A stretch of 63,994 bases of DNA, the filler included, from Jimgerdemannia flammicorona (lineage: Eukaryota): NCBI GenBank assembly GCA_003990765.1. It is 3 parts of 3 records of this genome, joined end to end, with 100 filler letters (N's around TTAATTAATTAA, not from the genome) between each part and the next. Parts side by side here need not be neighbours in the genome. Positions count along the whole stretch, not along the records: positions 21,641 to 43,175 come from RBNJ01001433.1; 2 more parts are not named here. One strand, 5' to 3'. Positions 23,668 through 35,961 of the stretch are shown piece by piece. Positions within the stretch are counted from its first letter, which is position 1; every line of letters starts with the position of its first letter. Under the pieces are notes generated by a model. That model saw only the letters and a program-made list of their open reading frames with translations. It was not told the origin of the DNA and did no database searches. Both the position numbers and the translations under genes were made by a program.

Positions 23668-26600
23668 ATGAACAGTATAACCAATATTTTTTCTTTAAAC
23701 ATGAATGGGCTGAGGGGTGCAGTTCGATGCAGAAATATTTTTATTTGGTTGAAGGGATTAGAGGCCGATCTCTTCTGCTTGCAGGATGTCAGGTACGAGA
23801 ATGACACTGATAGAATGGAATGGACTAAGGAATGGGGTGGTATGGCAACTTGGAACAGTAAGGTCGGGATTCTGGTTTGGAAAGGCAGAGGGGAGATAAA
23901 GGATGTAAGGAGCTGGGGGGAGAGACTGGTCTGGGGTGAGTGGATTCGTGCAGGTTGGGAGCTGGTCACCGTTGGCTCCTGTTACTGCTCTGCTGTGCGG
24001 GGAGAGCATGTGGATTGAGTGAAAGGGCTCCTGGAGAGTGGGATCCTTGCTGAAGCTGGGTTAGATATGCTTGGAGGAGATTTCAATATGGTTCAGGATG
24101 TACGGCTAAATAGAACTGATGGAGAATGGGGTGCGGAGAGCAGGAGTGGGGGGTTAGCGATATGGGAGGAGGTTGAAAGGCTAGGAGCACTGGTGGATGC
24201 TGGTAGGGAGTACTGGGGGGATAGGAGGGTATATACACATTGGGCTGGGGGTCTGGGGACAAGGATTGACTGGATTCTGATGGCTGACTATTGGGGCTGC
24301 GATGTTTGGAAGGTGATAGAGGTAGAATGGTGTCCGTGGTCAGATCACTGGGGCCTCTTGGGACAGGGGTGTTTTGGGGGAAGTAGAGATGGGCCTGGAC
24401 ATTGGTGCCTAAATTCCTCCTTGTTGGATGATGAGACCTGGTGGGAGGAGTGAGCAAAAGACATTCAGCTGAAGGTGGCGAATTGGTGGCAGGAAGGAAC
24501 CACAATTGGGGTTCAGTAGATGAGGATGAAAGAGATGGCCAGGATGTATTGGAGTGAGGCTGGCAGAGTGGCTGGGAAGCAGCGAAGGCTGAAAGTGCAT
24601 TGGGCTTCTACTAGATTGGCTAGACTTCTGGAGGAGTGGGCAAGACTGGCGGCAGTGGAGGGAGAAGAGGATTGGAGAATAATGAGGGTGAGGATGGAGG
24701 TTAGGGAACTGCAACAGGTGCTGCGGGAAGAGGAAGAGTCAAGGGTGCAAGGCCTGGTGGCACGGCTTCATTGGCAGGGGCTGGAGGAAGGGGAGAGGCC
24801 TTCCAAGTTTCTCACAAGGACACTTCAAGCGAGAAGGGTACAGCAGCAGTGGGAAGGGGTACTTGGCTCAGATGATGTACTAGTACATAGTGTACAGGAC
24901 ATCCTTAGAACACTGAAGGCACGATGGAGTGGATTGTGGAGTGAGGAGGAGGGTGGGGCAGATACTACAGCCATTGACCAAACTTTAGAAGATTGGCACC
25001 CACCATAAGCTGAGGGACTAGGTGATTTGGTGATGCCTGTAAAGGAGGATGAGATCCACCAGGTTCTTGCCGCAACAGTCTTGGGTATGGCACCTGGGGA
25101 GGATGGCCTCTCCTGGGACTTCTGGAAGCGAATGGTTGGAGTCCTGGGCATATTGGGGGAGTTGACAGCACTGTGTGACTCTATATTGCAGTCAGGGAGA
25201 TGGGTGGGGGAGCAAGACCTTGGACTGGTGATGCTGCTTTATAAGAACAAGGGAAGGTGAGAGGATTGGAAGAACTGGCAGCCGATAATATTGCTAGATA
25301 TGGACAGGAAGTTGGTGACTAAGGTAGTGGTTGCAAGGCTACAGAAGGTAGCCCAGCAAATTGTGGGTGTTGAGCAGAGGGGTTTCATAGGGGGTCAGCT
25401 TATTAGAGATGGCATGGCCTGGGTACATGGAGTTATTGAAGGTGCTCGAGCCTGTGGACTAGATGGGCATCTTGTCTTCCTGGATCAGGAGAAGGCTTAT
25501 GACTGGGTGCAGTGAGTCTGGCTGGTGAAAGTATTAGATAGAATTGGAGTTCCAGGCCCATTTCAGTTGGTAATAGTCAGCCTACTGGAAAGGAGTAGGG
25601 CTGCGCTCGTGTGCAATGGGCATCGAGGGGTGGCTTTCCCTCTGGGTAGGGGAGTGCCCCAGGGGGACCCACTGTCCCCCATTTTGTATGCTCTTTCCTT
25701 GGAACCTCTAATGGACAGGATTCAGTGGAGGATCGTAGGGCTCTCTATCTATAGCATTGGCTGGAAGGTTGGGGCCTTTGCAGACAACATAGTGGTTGGT
25801 TTGGGAGTGACTGTGGATGTTGAGAAGCTCCAGAAGACAGTGGAGTGGTATGAGGAGAACTCTGGGGTGAAGCTGAATTGGCATAAGTGTGAAACAATGG
25901 TGCTGAGCAATGGCTTGGTGGGCGGAGAAGTTATTAGAACAATTTTCCCCACCGGAGAGGCAGTGCGGTACTTGGGCATCTATTTGTCAGTCTATGGGTC
26001 TGTTTTGCCCAGGCTGTGGTGGGAGCAGAGGATTGGAATTTGGGAGGAGGACCTGCAGGGTTGGGGGGGTAGACACTTCTCTCTGACAGGAAGGATCTCG
26101 ATTTTAAATATATACTGGCTGCCGAAGCTGTGGTATTTGGCCTATCATCTGGACTTCCCAGCCTGGGTAGTGAAGAGATTGGTGAAGGTGGCCAAGAGAT
26201 GGATTTGGGCTGGCAGGCGGAGTCAGATTGGTTGGGAGACTTTGTCCCTACTGGTGGCGAGAGGTGGTCTGGGGCTGGTGGACTTCCCCAAAAGACTACA
26301 CTGCTTGAGGGCTTGGTGGCTGAGGAGGGCAGTAGAGTTGCGTGAAGGGGGCTGGGTCCCTCTGCTGTAGAAGATATGGGAGAGGCGGACATTGCCTAGA
26401 GGCTTGACTGGTGATCTTCTTTCATTAGTTGGGCTTCAGAACACTGCGCAACTGAGATATAAAGGCTTCTGGTGGGGGATAGCTGAGGGGGCACACCACA
26501 TTGGTATTCGCTGGCAAAGGGATGAGGGGGAGAGGGCTTGGGACCCAGCAATATAGAGATGGGATAGCATTCTTCTGGGAGGCATGCCTTTACTGGAGTT

Positions 26601-27295
26601 CAACATTAGTGATGGCATTGAATGCCAAAGAGGTCCAGGCCAGGATCTGTGGCCTAGTGGTTGGCAAGGAGTTGGAATTGGTGAGAAGTGGGACTGGCAT
26701 GGGATTTGGACCTGGAGTGCCACAGTGAAAAATTGGATACCACCGAAGTACTGGGTAGTCTGGTGGTGTATGCTGAGGAGGAATGTGATGCTTAACTTCC
26801 GCTCAGGACACCTTGTTGTGGGGGGCTGCTTTGACTGCGAGGAGTGCCATAATGTAGGGCAGGAAGGGGAATTGGGACAGATGCCGGAACATTGGCTAGG
26901 GGAGTGTGAGGTGTTGGGAGACTTTTGGCAGGCCGTTGGAGACTGCTTGGGGGTAAAGCATAGGGGTGATGATGTATGGGGGAGGTGGGAGGACCTGAGG
27001 GATCAATTGATAGGAGGGGTTGGGGAAGAGTGGCTTACTCTAGGCTGGGTGTTGGCTATTTGTATTTGAGGAGGAGAAGCGACAGAGCTTGGAGAACCAG
27101 TTAGCAAGGTGGCAGTTCCTTATGGAGGATACCTTGACAGGCTGGTGGCTTGGTTGGAGGCTGCAGGGGGGTCAGAGGCGCTGCTTGGTGGTGAAAATCT
27201 GTGGTCAGAGTGGTGGGAGAGTTGGAGTTATTGATGAGAGGGTGGTCTTTATATATGACGAGATAGGGTGGGGCCCCCCGATGGGGATCAGATAG
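23668..27295 (+). pseudogene. LINE ORF2: AP endonuclease, reverse transcriptase, C-terminal Cys/His finger
   Basis: SLNMNGL, LFCLQD, GGDFN, TRIDW, SDH; APGEDG, LDQEKAYD, GVPQGDPLSP, AFAD, YLGI; CEECH...EHWLGEC. Confidence 0.93.
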
Positions 27296-27879
27296 TGAGT
27301 GGTGATATTGTATACTTATTTATAGACTGGTAATAAAGATGGAGTCCAAGAGACTATAAAAAAAAAAAAAAAAAAAAAAAAAATGTACTGGTTACATGAG
27401 AAAATCCTGATTTCAAAGATATTATCACTTATAATTGTGGTTACACAGGGTTAACAAGTCTTGGTCCATTTTTTTTTTTGTCTAGTTGGCACATTTGTGA
27501 GGACTGGCCATTCTTGTCTAGGGCAAGGGCTCCCATTATCACAGCTGGGGGTTTGAACTTCTCAGAAATAGACTTTCTTGTAATCCAAGACAATTCTTAG
27601 TAACAATATCTGTCATATAGATGGACTTAGACTGGTTTCGACATTGTCGGCTTTCCTAAGTTTCACATGAAGCATCTATCATCATCTAGCAGAGATGACA
27701 CAGATGGCGTAAAATGGAGTTGTTCAAATGTGTTTTGCTGTACTGTACTAGATTGTTCTTTTGCTCAGGTATCTTCTTGTTGGTTATCCATAGTGTTCCT
27801 TTTTCTCTGCAATGTTTGGTATTATATGTTTCCAGTTAAAAATATGTGGTACCCTTCTGCTTACTGTGTGCTCCTATGC

Positions 27880-30800
27880 TTAGAGCTGTAGTTCCTTTCT
27901 TTGCTGGGGGGTGAGTGTTTCCATGTAGTCCTGGAGGGCTTGGCGTGCATTCTTCAGGGCTTCTTTTTCCCAGGTGGCATCATGGGTAGGGTAACCCTTC
28001 CACTTGATCAGAAAAAAGCGCTTGACTGTTTTGGGATATTTGCAGACCTTGTGGTCAAGTACTTCCTCAATTTCGAATTTCTTATAATTATTGATACTAA
28101 TTGGGGGTGGTGGTGGAACTGTATGCTCGGAGAATGGGTTCTCATGGTAGTCCACCAATTGGCTGATATGGAATACTGGGTGTACTTGGATATTGTAGGG
28201 AAGTTGCAACTTATAGTTCACTTTGCTGATTTTTTCCACGATCTTGTATGGTCCAATTCTTCTAGCATGGAGTTTCTTGGCTGGTTGTTATACCAGGGTG
28301 TCTGGATGGAGGTGGTCTGTTCTAAGCATGACCTTGTCACCAATATTGTAGGAGGCTTCTCTTCATTTCAAGTTTACATACTTGGTCTGATAGTCTTGTG
28401 CTTCTATGAGAGCATCTCTTGTCATTTGAGTAAGGTCAGAAATGGTCTCGGCCAGATCTTGGGCTGCTGGGACTGCTGATTTCACAGTAGTACTTGGGGT
28501 CCTTGGGTGTTGACCATGGTTCAGGAAGAATGTTTTTTGTGGAGGTTTGCTGACTATTGTTATAGGCAAACTCAGCATGAGCTAGGTACTTGTCCCAATC
28601 ATTTTGCTTGTAACAGCAGAAGATGCTAAGCATCTGTTTGAGAGTTCTGTTTGTTCGCTTGGTTTGACCATCAGTCTGAGGGTGGTAGGCAGTAGAGAAC
28701 TTCAGCTTAGTTCTATGGAGGGAGAAAAATATCTTCCAGAAGTTGCTTGTGAACTTGGCATCTCGGTCAGATACAATAGTGCTAGGCATGCCATGTAGTC
28801 TGAATACTTGATTGAGGAAAATCTCGACAATCTCTGGTACTGTAGCAGTAGTCTTTGTGGATACAAAATAGGCTTGTTTACTTAGGCGGTTCATGAATAT
28901 CACAATGGCATCCCATCCTGCCTTGGTCTTGGGGAGTTGGACAATGAAGTCCATTGCAATCTGGTCCCAATTGTGACTCAGAATAGGCAAGGGTTGCATA
29001 AGTTCTGCTGGTAGTTTGTTACCACTTTTGAACCTTTGGCACATCTTGTATTAGGCCACAAAGTCTTTGATATTCTTGGTCATCTTTGGCCAGTAGAACT
29101 CTCTTGAGAGGAGGTTGTAGGTCTTTTCAAAACCAAAGTGTCCTGCTACAGGAGTATCATGGAGTTCCTACATGATTTTGAGTCACAGAGTATCATTGTT
29201 GGGTATAACCACTCTATCATAGCCCCTGTAGATAAGTCTATCCCGGTAGATGAATCTCTTGGCCATTTGTCTCATGGGTTCTGGAACCTCGGCCTCTGGG
29301 TCTTAGCAGAATTGAAGGAAATTCATCAGGGGGCTGTCTTGCTGGTAGCTCTCCTTGATCATTTGGGTAAGGTCTCCAATTACTTCAACCATGAAGACAA
29401 GTTCATCTTCCATGTACCTGGAGAAACCATCAGCCACATGATTGGTTTTGCCTGGAATATACTTGATTTCTATATCAAAGTTGGCAATGATTTCCATCCA
29501 GTGGGCTTGTCTGTAGGTCAGCATAGGCTGTGTGTGAATATACCGCAGTACATGGTGATCAGTGTAGGCTACAAATGGCTATTCTAGGAGGAAATAGCAC
29601 CATTCCTAGAGTGTAGTGACAATAGCCAGGAGTTTCTTCTCATGGATGGTATACCAGGTCTCAGCTAGCTTGAGCTTTTGGGAAAGGTAGGCCACTGGGT
29701 GGTCTTCTTGACTAAGTACTGCTCCAATAGCAATATCAGAGGCATCTGTAGTCAGAGTGAATGATCTGGTAGGGTTAGGTATAATTAGCACTGGGGCCTC
29801 AGTAAGAAGTCTCTTGAGGTGGTCCATAGCCAGGGTGCATTCGGGGGTCCATTCAGCTTTGATGTTCACTCCTTTGCAGGCCAGACTGGTTAATGGAGCT
29901 GCAATAGCAGAGTATCCTTAGATAAACCTTCGGTAATAACCAGCAATACCGAGAAAGCACTGAAGTAGCTTGAGGGTAGTAGGGATAGGGATATCCTTAA
30001 GGGCTGATACCTTTTGGGGGTCCACATTGATACCTTCAGCAGAGATGATGTGTCCTAGGTATTCAATCTGGTCTTGGTAGAACTTACATTTGCTCATCTT
30101 GGCATAGAGCTGGTGTTCTCACAGGAGGGTCAGTACTTGTCTGAGATGGGTGTAGTGTAGCTCTACTGTCTCGCTGTAGATTAGTATATCATCAATATAT
30201 ACAAGGACACAGATGTTGAGGAGTGGTCCAAAGATGTCATTCATCAGATACTGGAATGTTGCTGGTGCATTGGTCAATCTAAAAGGCATGACTTGGAACT
30301 GGTAGTGTCCAAACCGTGTTTGGAAAACTGTCTTCTCAATGTCCTTCTCATCAATGAGAATCTGGTGGTAGCCATTTCACAAATCCAATAAAGAAAAGGT
30401 CTTAGCCTTGAAGATTTGGTATAGCAACTCATCATTCCTGGGCAAGGCATACCAATTCTTAATAGTGATCTTGTTGAGGGCTCTGTAGTCAATACACATT
30501 CGCAGAGAGCCATCCTTCTTCTTGACAAATAGAATGGGGGCTCCAAATGGAGAGCAGCTGGGTTCAATGTATCCTTGGGCCAGTAGTTTGGTCAATTCAT
30601 CCTTGAGGGTCTTGAGCTCAGGTTGAGCCAGTTGATAGATACTCTTGTATGGGGGTTCAGATCCTGGAATAAGATCAATTCCATGTTGGATTTGGTGCTT
30701 CGGTGGAAGTCCTTGAGGATCTTGGAATATATCTTGAAATTCTTCAAACAGTTCTTGAGCTTCTGTTGGAATTGGGCTACTTGTGGCTTCAGTCAGTGAC

Positions 30801-31280
30801 TTCTTATACTGTACAGATGAAGTAGGTATTTCCCTTTTTTTGAGAGAGTCTCTTCATTTGAATGGCAGAGATGATTTCAATTTCTTGGTGGTTGGTACCT
30901 TCCTGGGGTGTCAGGGTGATCTTTCTGCCTTCATGGGTCAGGTTAACCTCATTGGTTCTCCAGTTGATGTCTGGGTTGTGCTGGGTCAACCAGGCTTTTT
31001 CTAAGATAATGTCTTATCCTGGGAGGTCTATAATGCTAAAATCTAACTTCTCTTGATATTTGCCAATCTTGAGCAAAAGGTCTTCACAGATCTTGGTCAA
31101 TGGTGCAGTCTTTCTATCACCAAAGGTAACACTTCTTTTCTCAGTAGTTGGTCTGCTTCAGGCTCCAATCCTCTTGACAGTCTTGGTGTTGATGTAGTTT
31201 CCAGTAGCACCACTATCAAGCAAGACATTGACATTTTGTCTGTGGACTTGACCTGTGAACTTGATGCAACTGTCCTCCTT
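27880..31280 (-). pseudogene. pol of element B: protease, RT, RNase H, integrase, chromodomain
   Basis: LLDSGA (~31200-31230), VLVYIDD (~30190-30210); ORFs 29606-29869, 28436-29044, 27880-28239. Confidence 0.9.
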
Positions 31281-31599
31281 CTTGATGGTATTGAGCTCTT
31301 CATCCTCATTGTTGTCCCAATTGCTATCAGTCTCCTCGAAGTCAGTTTCTCCCCATTCTTCACGAGGAGGGTTGTCTTGTTTGGGTTCCTCAGTCTGTTG
31401 AGCTTAGTGCTTCTCAGATTGAATTTTGAAATCTTTGGAGAGGCATGCATGGTATTCATCAACATGTTCCATGCAGTATATTCGAATAGAATGAGAGCAT
31501 TGTCCACATGGTGCATAACCATCTGCAATTCTCTTGTACCAGTTTTCATCATCTTCCTTTATGGTAGTGACCTTTTGACTGGGAGATTTGTTGGTAGAT

Positions 31600-32000
31600 C
31601 CAAACTCTTTCTTACCATAATCTGTCTGAGAGAGTTCAGGGACTTCTTCAATGGTGAGATCTTGATGGATTTCTTCAATGATTGCTTGGGCAATTCTTTG
31701 ACCTGCTTTGACTTCAAATGATGTGTCTCCAAAATTTTGCAAGATGACATAGATTTCACCAGTAAATCCTTGGTCAACTACTCCTCCACCTAGCCCAATG
31801 TTGAACACTTTGGCTAGGCTGCTTTGCTCAGCAAGGCGGATGTATGTACCTCTGGGAGCTTGCATTGCAATTCCTATTCACACTGTAGCATTGGTACTTG
31901 GTGGGATGGTAAGGTCTTGGCTGCTGTAGAGGTCATATCCAGCATCAGTTGGGTGGGCCTTAGTGGGGATGGTAGCCTTATACCATATCTTCTGTACTTT
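31600..32000 (-). pseudogene. dUTPase between gag and protease (element B)
   Basis: DAGYDL, QSSLA, GVVDQGFTGEI, GQRIAQ, YGKKEFGST. Confidence 0.9.
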
Positions 32001-32099
32001 GATAACATTCTCAGGGTTCTTCTTTCCTGGGCCTTCTCCAATGATAGTAATGTTCTGGTTACATATCAGGTTCGCCTGTTCTATTCTTCTTCTCAGGGT

Positions 32100-35043
32100 A
32101 TCTGAATGAGATGTGTCCTGCCTTCTTACAGATGAAGCACAATCCCTTTTCACAGAGCTGCTTCTTCTCATCCTCATTGGGAGGTCTGGGTCCTCTGGGG
32201 TTTCGCTGGTTCATTTTTGTTTAACAGACTCATGTCCCACGGATTTTTATTGGAAGGGAACCTAGACTATATAGGCCAAAACCCTCCCCCACTACCCACC
32301 AAGCACTGCCCCCCCATTAACCTAGGCTAGCTATTGTCCAGCAGCTTGACCATGCCAGGTGCAGCAGGGCCAATGAGGCCCGCACCTCATTCTGTGCACC
32401 ATGCTCTCCCTACCACCAGGGGAAACCCAACCATACGCCAATGACCGAAAGCGCATGCCTGAGAACCTATCGTATATATAAGGCCACACCCAAGCTGAAT
32501 AGAATAGCCCCTGCCACCCCAAAGAGAATGACAGGCAAAGAAAAAACCCTCATCAAAGTACAACATGGTGGGTAGGGTCTGGTTCTCCCAGTTGAGGTAA
32601 GTAAAGAACTTATATGTGAGGTGGGAGCAAACCCCCAATACCCCACTACTCAAGCCTGTAGGCCTTGATCACGTTGCTGTATCAGCTCTCGGTTCCAGTT
32701 GAGTGCAGCCAAGACACCTAAAATGGGTAGCCTTGGGCCTCCTGACCCCCCCTGATGACTGGGGCCCAACCTCGCTGACCACCAAAAGAAGCCGATAGTG
32801 ATACCTATCATCTAACCATGCTGCACCAATCAAAAGGCCCCACCAAAGCAGCACCTGCCCCAGCCCCGATGACCGCCCCCAGCCTGGTACCCTACTGGTT
32901 CACTGTAATCACCCTTCCTCCTATCTGTGATGGCCATCTCCCCTCCCATCCCAACAACACCTGAAAAGCAGTCACCTACACCAGAACCGTGCTCGCCGGG
33001 AAGCTCGTCAAAGCCAGAGGGCTCCACCACAGGCACCAAGGACCTGCAGGTAACCTATACTGAGCACTTGACGCCCAAGGTCGGCCGACTCCCTACATAG
33101 CCCGAGATATACTGAGACAGCACCTTGTTGGCGACGGCAAAAGGAAGAAGGTGCCGCACTAAAACGGATACACCCCAGACACAGCTGAAGGTACCAGAAT
33201 CCATGAAAAAGTAGAGGAAGTACCAATCTGACACTAATAAAGGGGCAACTCATCACCATTGCCCTCCTCCCACCATGCCCCTATAGGCACAGCAAACCAA
33301 CCCGAGATAGAGGGGGTAATAATAGGGGAAAGGGGACTCGGAAGGTCACCTACCAAACCTTGTGACTGGTAAGGTAGCAGAGAAAGGAGCTGGGGTTTCG
33401 CTGGTTCCTTTGATCATTCTGCTGATCATATCTTTGATCATTTCTCCTGGTAGGGTTTCTCCTATCTTGATTATCCTTCTTGTGTTCTTGATTTCGTGGA
33501 GCTTGTGCAGCAAGGATTTCGTGGGCTCTTCTTTGTACTTGAGCAAAGCACCATGAGTAGTGGGGACATCCTTGGGGAAGACCTTGTTCCTTGATCTTCT
33601 GGGTGAGCCAGTCTGGTAGGGCTGCAAAGAGATGATTGGCTCTGGTACCATTGATGGCCAAATTGTTCTCCTGATAGGTAAGTCCAATAGTTTTGAGATA
33701 GGCATCTATTCTGGTGGCAAAGGTCTCTAGATCCTCTTTGCCATTCTGTGGAACTTCATCTGGGACAATTTGTTCCAAGTTTCTTATATGTAGGCTGCAT
33801 TTCGGAATTTGGTCAGTAGCAAGGCCTTGAGTCCTGGGCCTGCTTCATAGTCATCCCAACCTGGTCTATTGTTGCCAGGTGCTTGTCCATTGACTTGAGG
33901 GCAGGCTTCTCAGATTACTGGGTGTTGTTCTAAGGTTCACCAGAATTCAGCTGCTGTTCTAGTGAAGAATGTGGTTACTGTTTCTACTTGTGCTGCTGAT
34001 GTGGCAAACAGCTGTTGAAGGGTGCTGTTCTGGTTGTTGGTGAGCATTCCTATAGATACTCAGTTGTCATTCCATTGGTTTGCTTGGTAGCCTGTGTCAA
34101 CTGCATTGATGAAGTTTTCAATGTCACTGTTTTTTTCACTGAATGTTGGGATTCGCAAGGTCTTGGTGGGTTTGTTCTGTTCAGCAATCTGTCCTACTAT
34201 CCCTGCTAGTGCTGCTAGCTGGGTAGTCAGTGCTGTAATATTGACATCTACCATTGTATTGACTATTGGTGGTGGGCCTGTTGAGGTAGATTCTCCTGAA
34301 GATTGTTCTGCTTGGTGGGGTTGTGGTGCTGTATGACTTGGAGTTACTTGGTTTCCAGATATTAAGTCAAAGAGTCCTGTGAGAGAGGGTAAACCAAACC
34401 TCTGTATAGGTGGCTGGGTTGGTTCTGGGGTCTGATCTTCTTGACCTGTGGTCCCTTGGTAAATTCCTAGGCCTGCTATTCCTGGTTAGCTATCATCAGA
34501 CTGGTAACCTGTAGAGTCTTCATCTGACTCCCTTCCCTGATGAGATAGTGCATCCTTGTACTGACTAAGTCCTTTAAAGAGGATATCAGTCTCTGGCTGG
34601 GTTGATGGGCCTGCTCCTTGTTCAGCAGTAGGGGATGGGTGGCCTGCTTGTTTGTTCTCATACCTAGTTATGGCAGAGGTGTAGTATACAACTAGCCTGT
34701 AGTAGAGGGAGGTCTTGGTTGAGGTATGATGATATCTGTCAGAGGCAATCCACTCAGTAGCTGCTTCTCTTGCAGCAGGGGGTGTGATATAATCTAAAAA
34801 ATTCTGGGTGGCTGCAGCAGTAGATTCAGGTGTCCTAGTGGTTCCAATGTGTCCTCGGAGGAGTTCATTGAACCTACGATGGCTAACAATATTCCTAAGT
34901 CCTGGGTGGTATGTCCTAAAGGCCTGGTATAGATTCTTATAAGTCTGGTCAATTACAAGCTGGTGGGTCCTTGGGTCTATGGTTTCCTGGTACCACCTGG
35001 TCCTAATGGCAAGGGCTTCTCTGGCTCTGGTTTGAGGATCCAC
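32100..35043 (-). pseudogene. gag of element B with a long N-terminal extension, interrupted by a SINE-like insert
   Basis: LRIPTFS gag motif; knuckle CFICKKAGHISF near 32105-32145; ORF 34486-35043 is in the same frame as 34060-34254. Confidence 0.7.
32213..33389 (-). mobile_element. ~1.18 kb non-autonomous SINE-like retroposon, best-preserved copy
   Basis: Perfect 18-bp TSD CTGGGGTTTCGCTGGTTC (32195-32212 and 33390-33407); AATAAAA and A-rich tail on the minus strand; no recognisable ORF. Confidence 0.88.
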
Positions 35044-35144
35044 AGTTGGTTCTGGGGATTACTCCTGTCCAAGGTTGGTCTCGTTCCAACTTCAGGAGTG
35101 TGTTCTTTGGTGCTTTCTTGGCAGGTAATCTGCTGCTACCAAGT

Positions 35145-35961
35145 TGTAATAACTCTCACTTCTACCCCTCTCTTATCCTTAGGATAATTAGGGAAGTGGA
35201 CTATTACTTAGGGACTTAGTACACAATATGTACCAAGAAGCCTTCAGTTTGAGGAAGCACTCACTTAAAGTAGTTGTAGTGGCAGTGCCTTATCTTTCAA
35301 AGGTCTTTTTCTGGTTTGCCTTCTATTTCAAAGGTCTTTCTCTTGTGCCCTATTTCGAGGGTCTTGTTCCTTACTGTGCACAGACTGAATTTGCCTTGGA
35401 ATTCAGGTTCAATGGATTTACTTAAGTCTTTGGGGATTTATATACCGGTCTCAGTTCTGGCAGAAGTTAGCTAGGCTTCTGGAGTTTAGTCAGAAACACT
35501 AGAGTCACTTAGATGTCATTACTAAGACTCAGGGGAATGTGTGTATGTGGGGGGACTTGATTCTTGTATCAAGAACTGAACTAAAACTGCTTTATTTCGG
35601 ATGGAAACTAGGGGGTATTTATACAAGTTGGTCTGCGATTTCTGACTAAGTATGAGTGACTAATTTGGTAACTATAATGAAGTTTGTGATCATGACCTTT
35701 GTCAGGTGGTTTTTGGTAAAAATAACTTTGTGATCAGGACCTCAATTACTAGGCAATGATCAGCTACTGTGGCAACTATTGCTGTGGCACCGATTGTTGG
35801 AGATAAGCTGGATATTGTTTTCCATGTCGTTTCATATCATTTGTCATTCGTAATTCATATGTCATGCTTTGTTCATATGATGATGTCATTGCCGGGTCAC
35901 GTGATCATTCGTCTCATCATGTCCCATCTGTTCACTCATTCGTTCGTTCTATTACTCTTCA
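35145..35961 (-). repeat. 5' LTR of element B
   Basis: Adjoins the PBS; TATAAATACCCC + AATAAA module near 35590-35625; abuts the pol of element C. Confidence 0.75.

Larger units (their letters stand above)
21641..27382 (+). mobile_element. L1/Tx1-like LINE (near full length, degenerate)
   Basis: ORF1 + ORF2 (APE-RT-Cys finger), AATAAA, AGTC-caaga-GACT hairpin and poly(A) at ~27358-27382; strongly G-rich sense strand; 5' end lost in the gap. Confidence 0.93.
27480..35961 (-). mobile_element. Ty3/Gypsy chromovirus B (gag-dUTPase-PR-RT-RH-IN-chromo); 5' LTR only; left boundary approximate
   Basis: LTR 35145-35961 (TG...CA); PBS TGGTAGCAGC (35132-35141, initiator-Met-like); [26 protein letters not shown], chromodomain FLIKWKGYPTHDATWE. 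No matching 3' LTR found. Confidence 0.9.

Noticed and set aside
21930..26723. Long Ser/Pro-rich minus-strand ORFs
   Set aside because: Antisense shadows of the G-rich LINE ORFs.
27901..31721. Hydrophobic plus-strand ORFs within element B
   Set aside because: Antisense to pol; no independent motifs.
33085..33160. HDV-like ribozyme in the SINE-like element (GGCACCTT...AAGGTGCT)
   Set aside because: L3, P1.1 and J4/2 do not fit the consensus, and it is not at the 5' end; a simple hairpin explains it.
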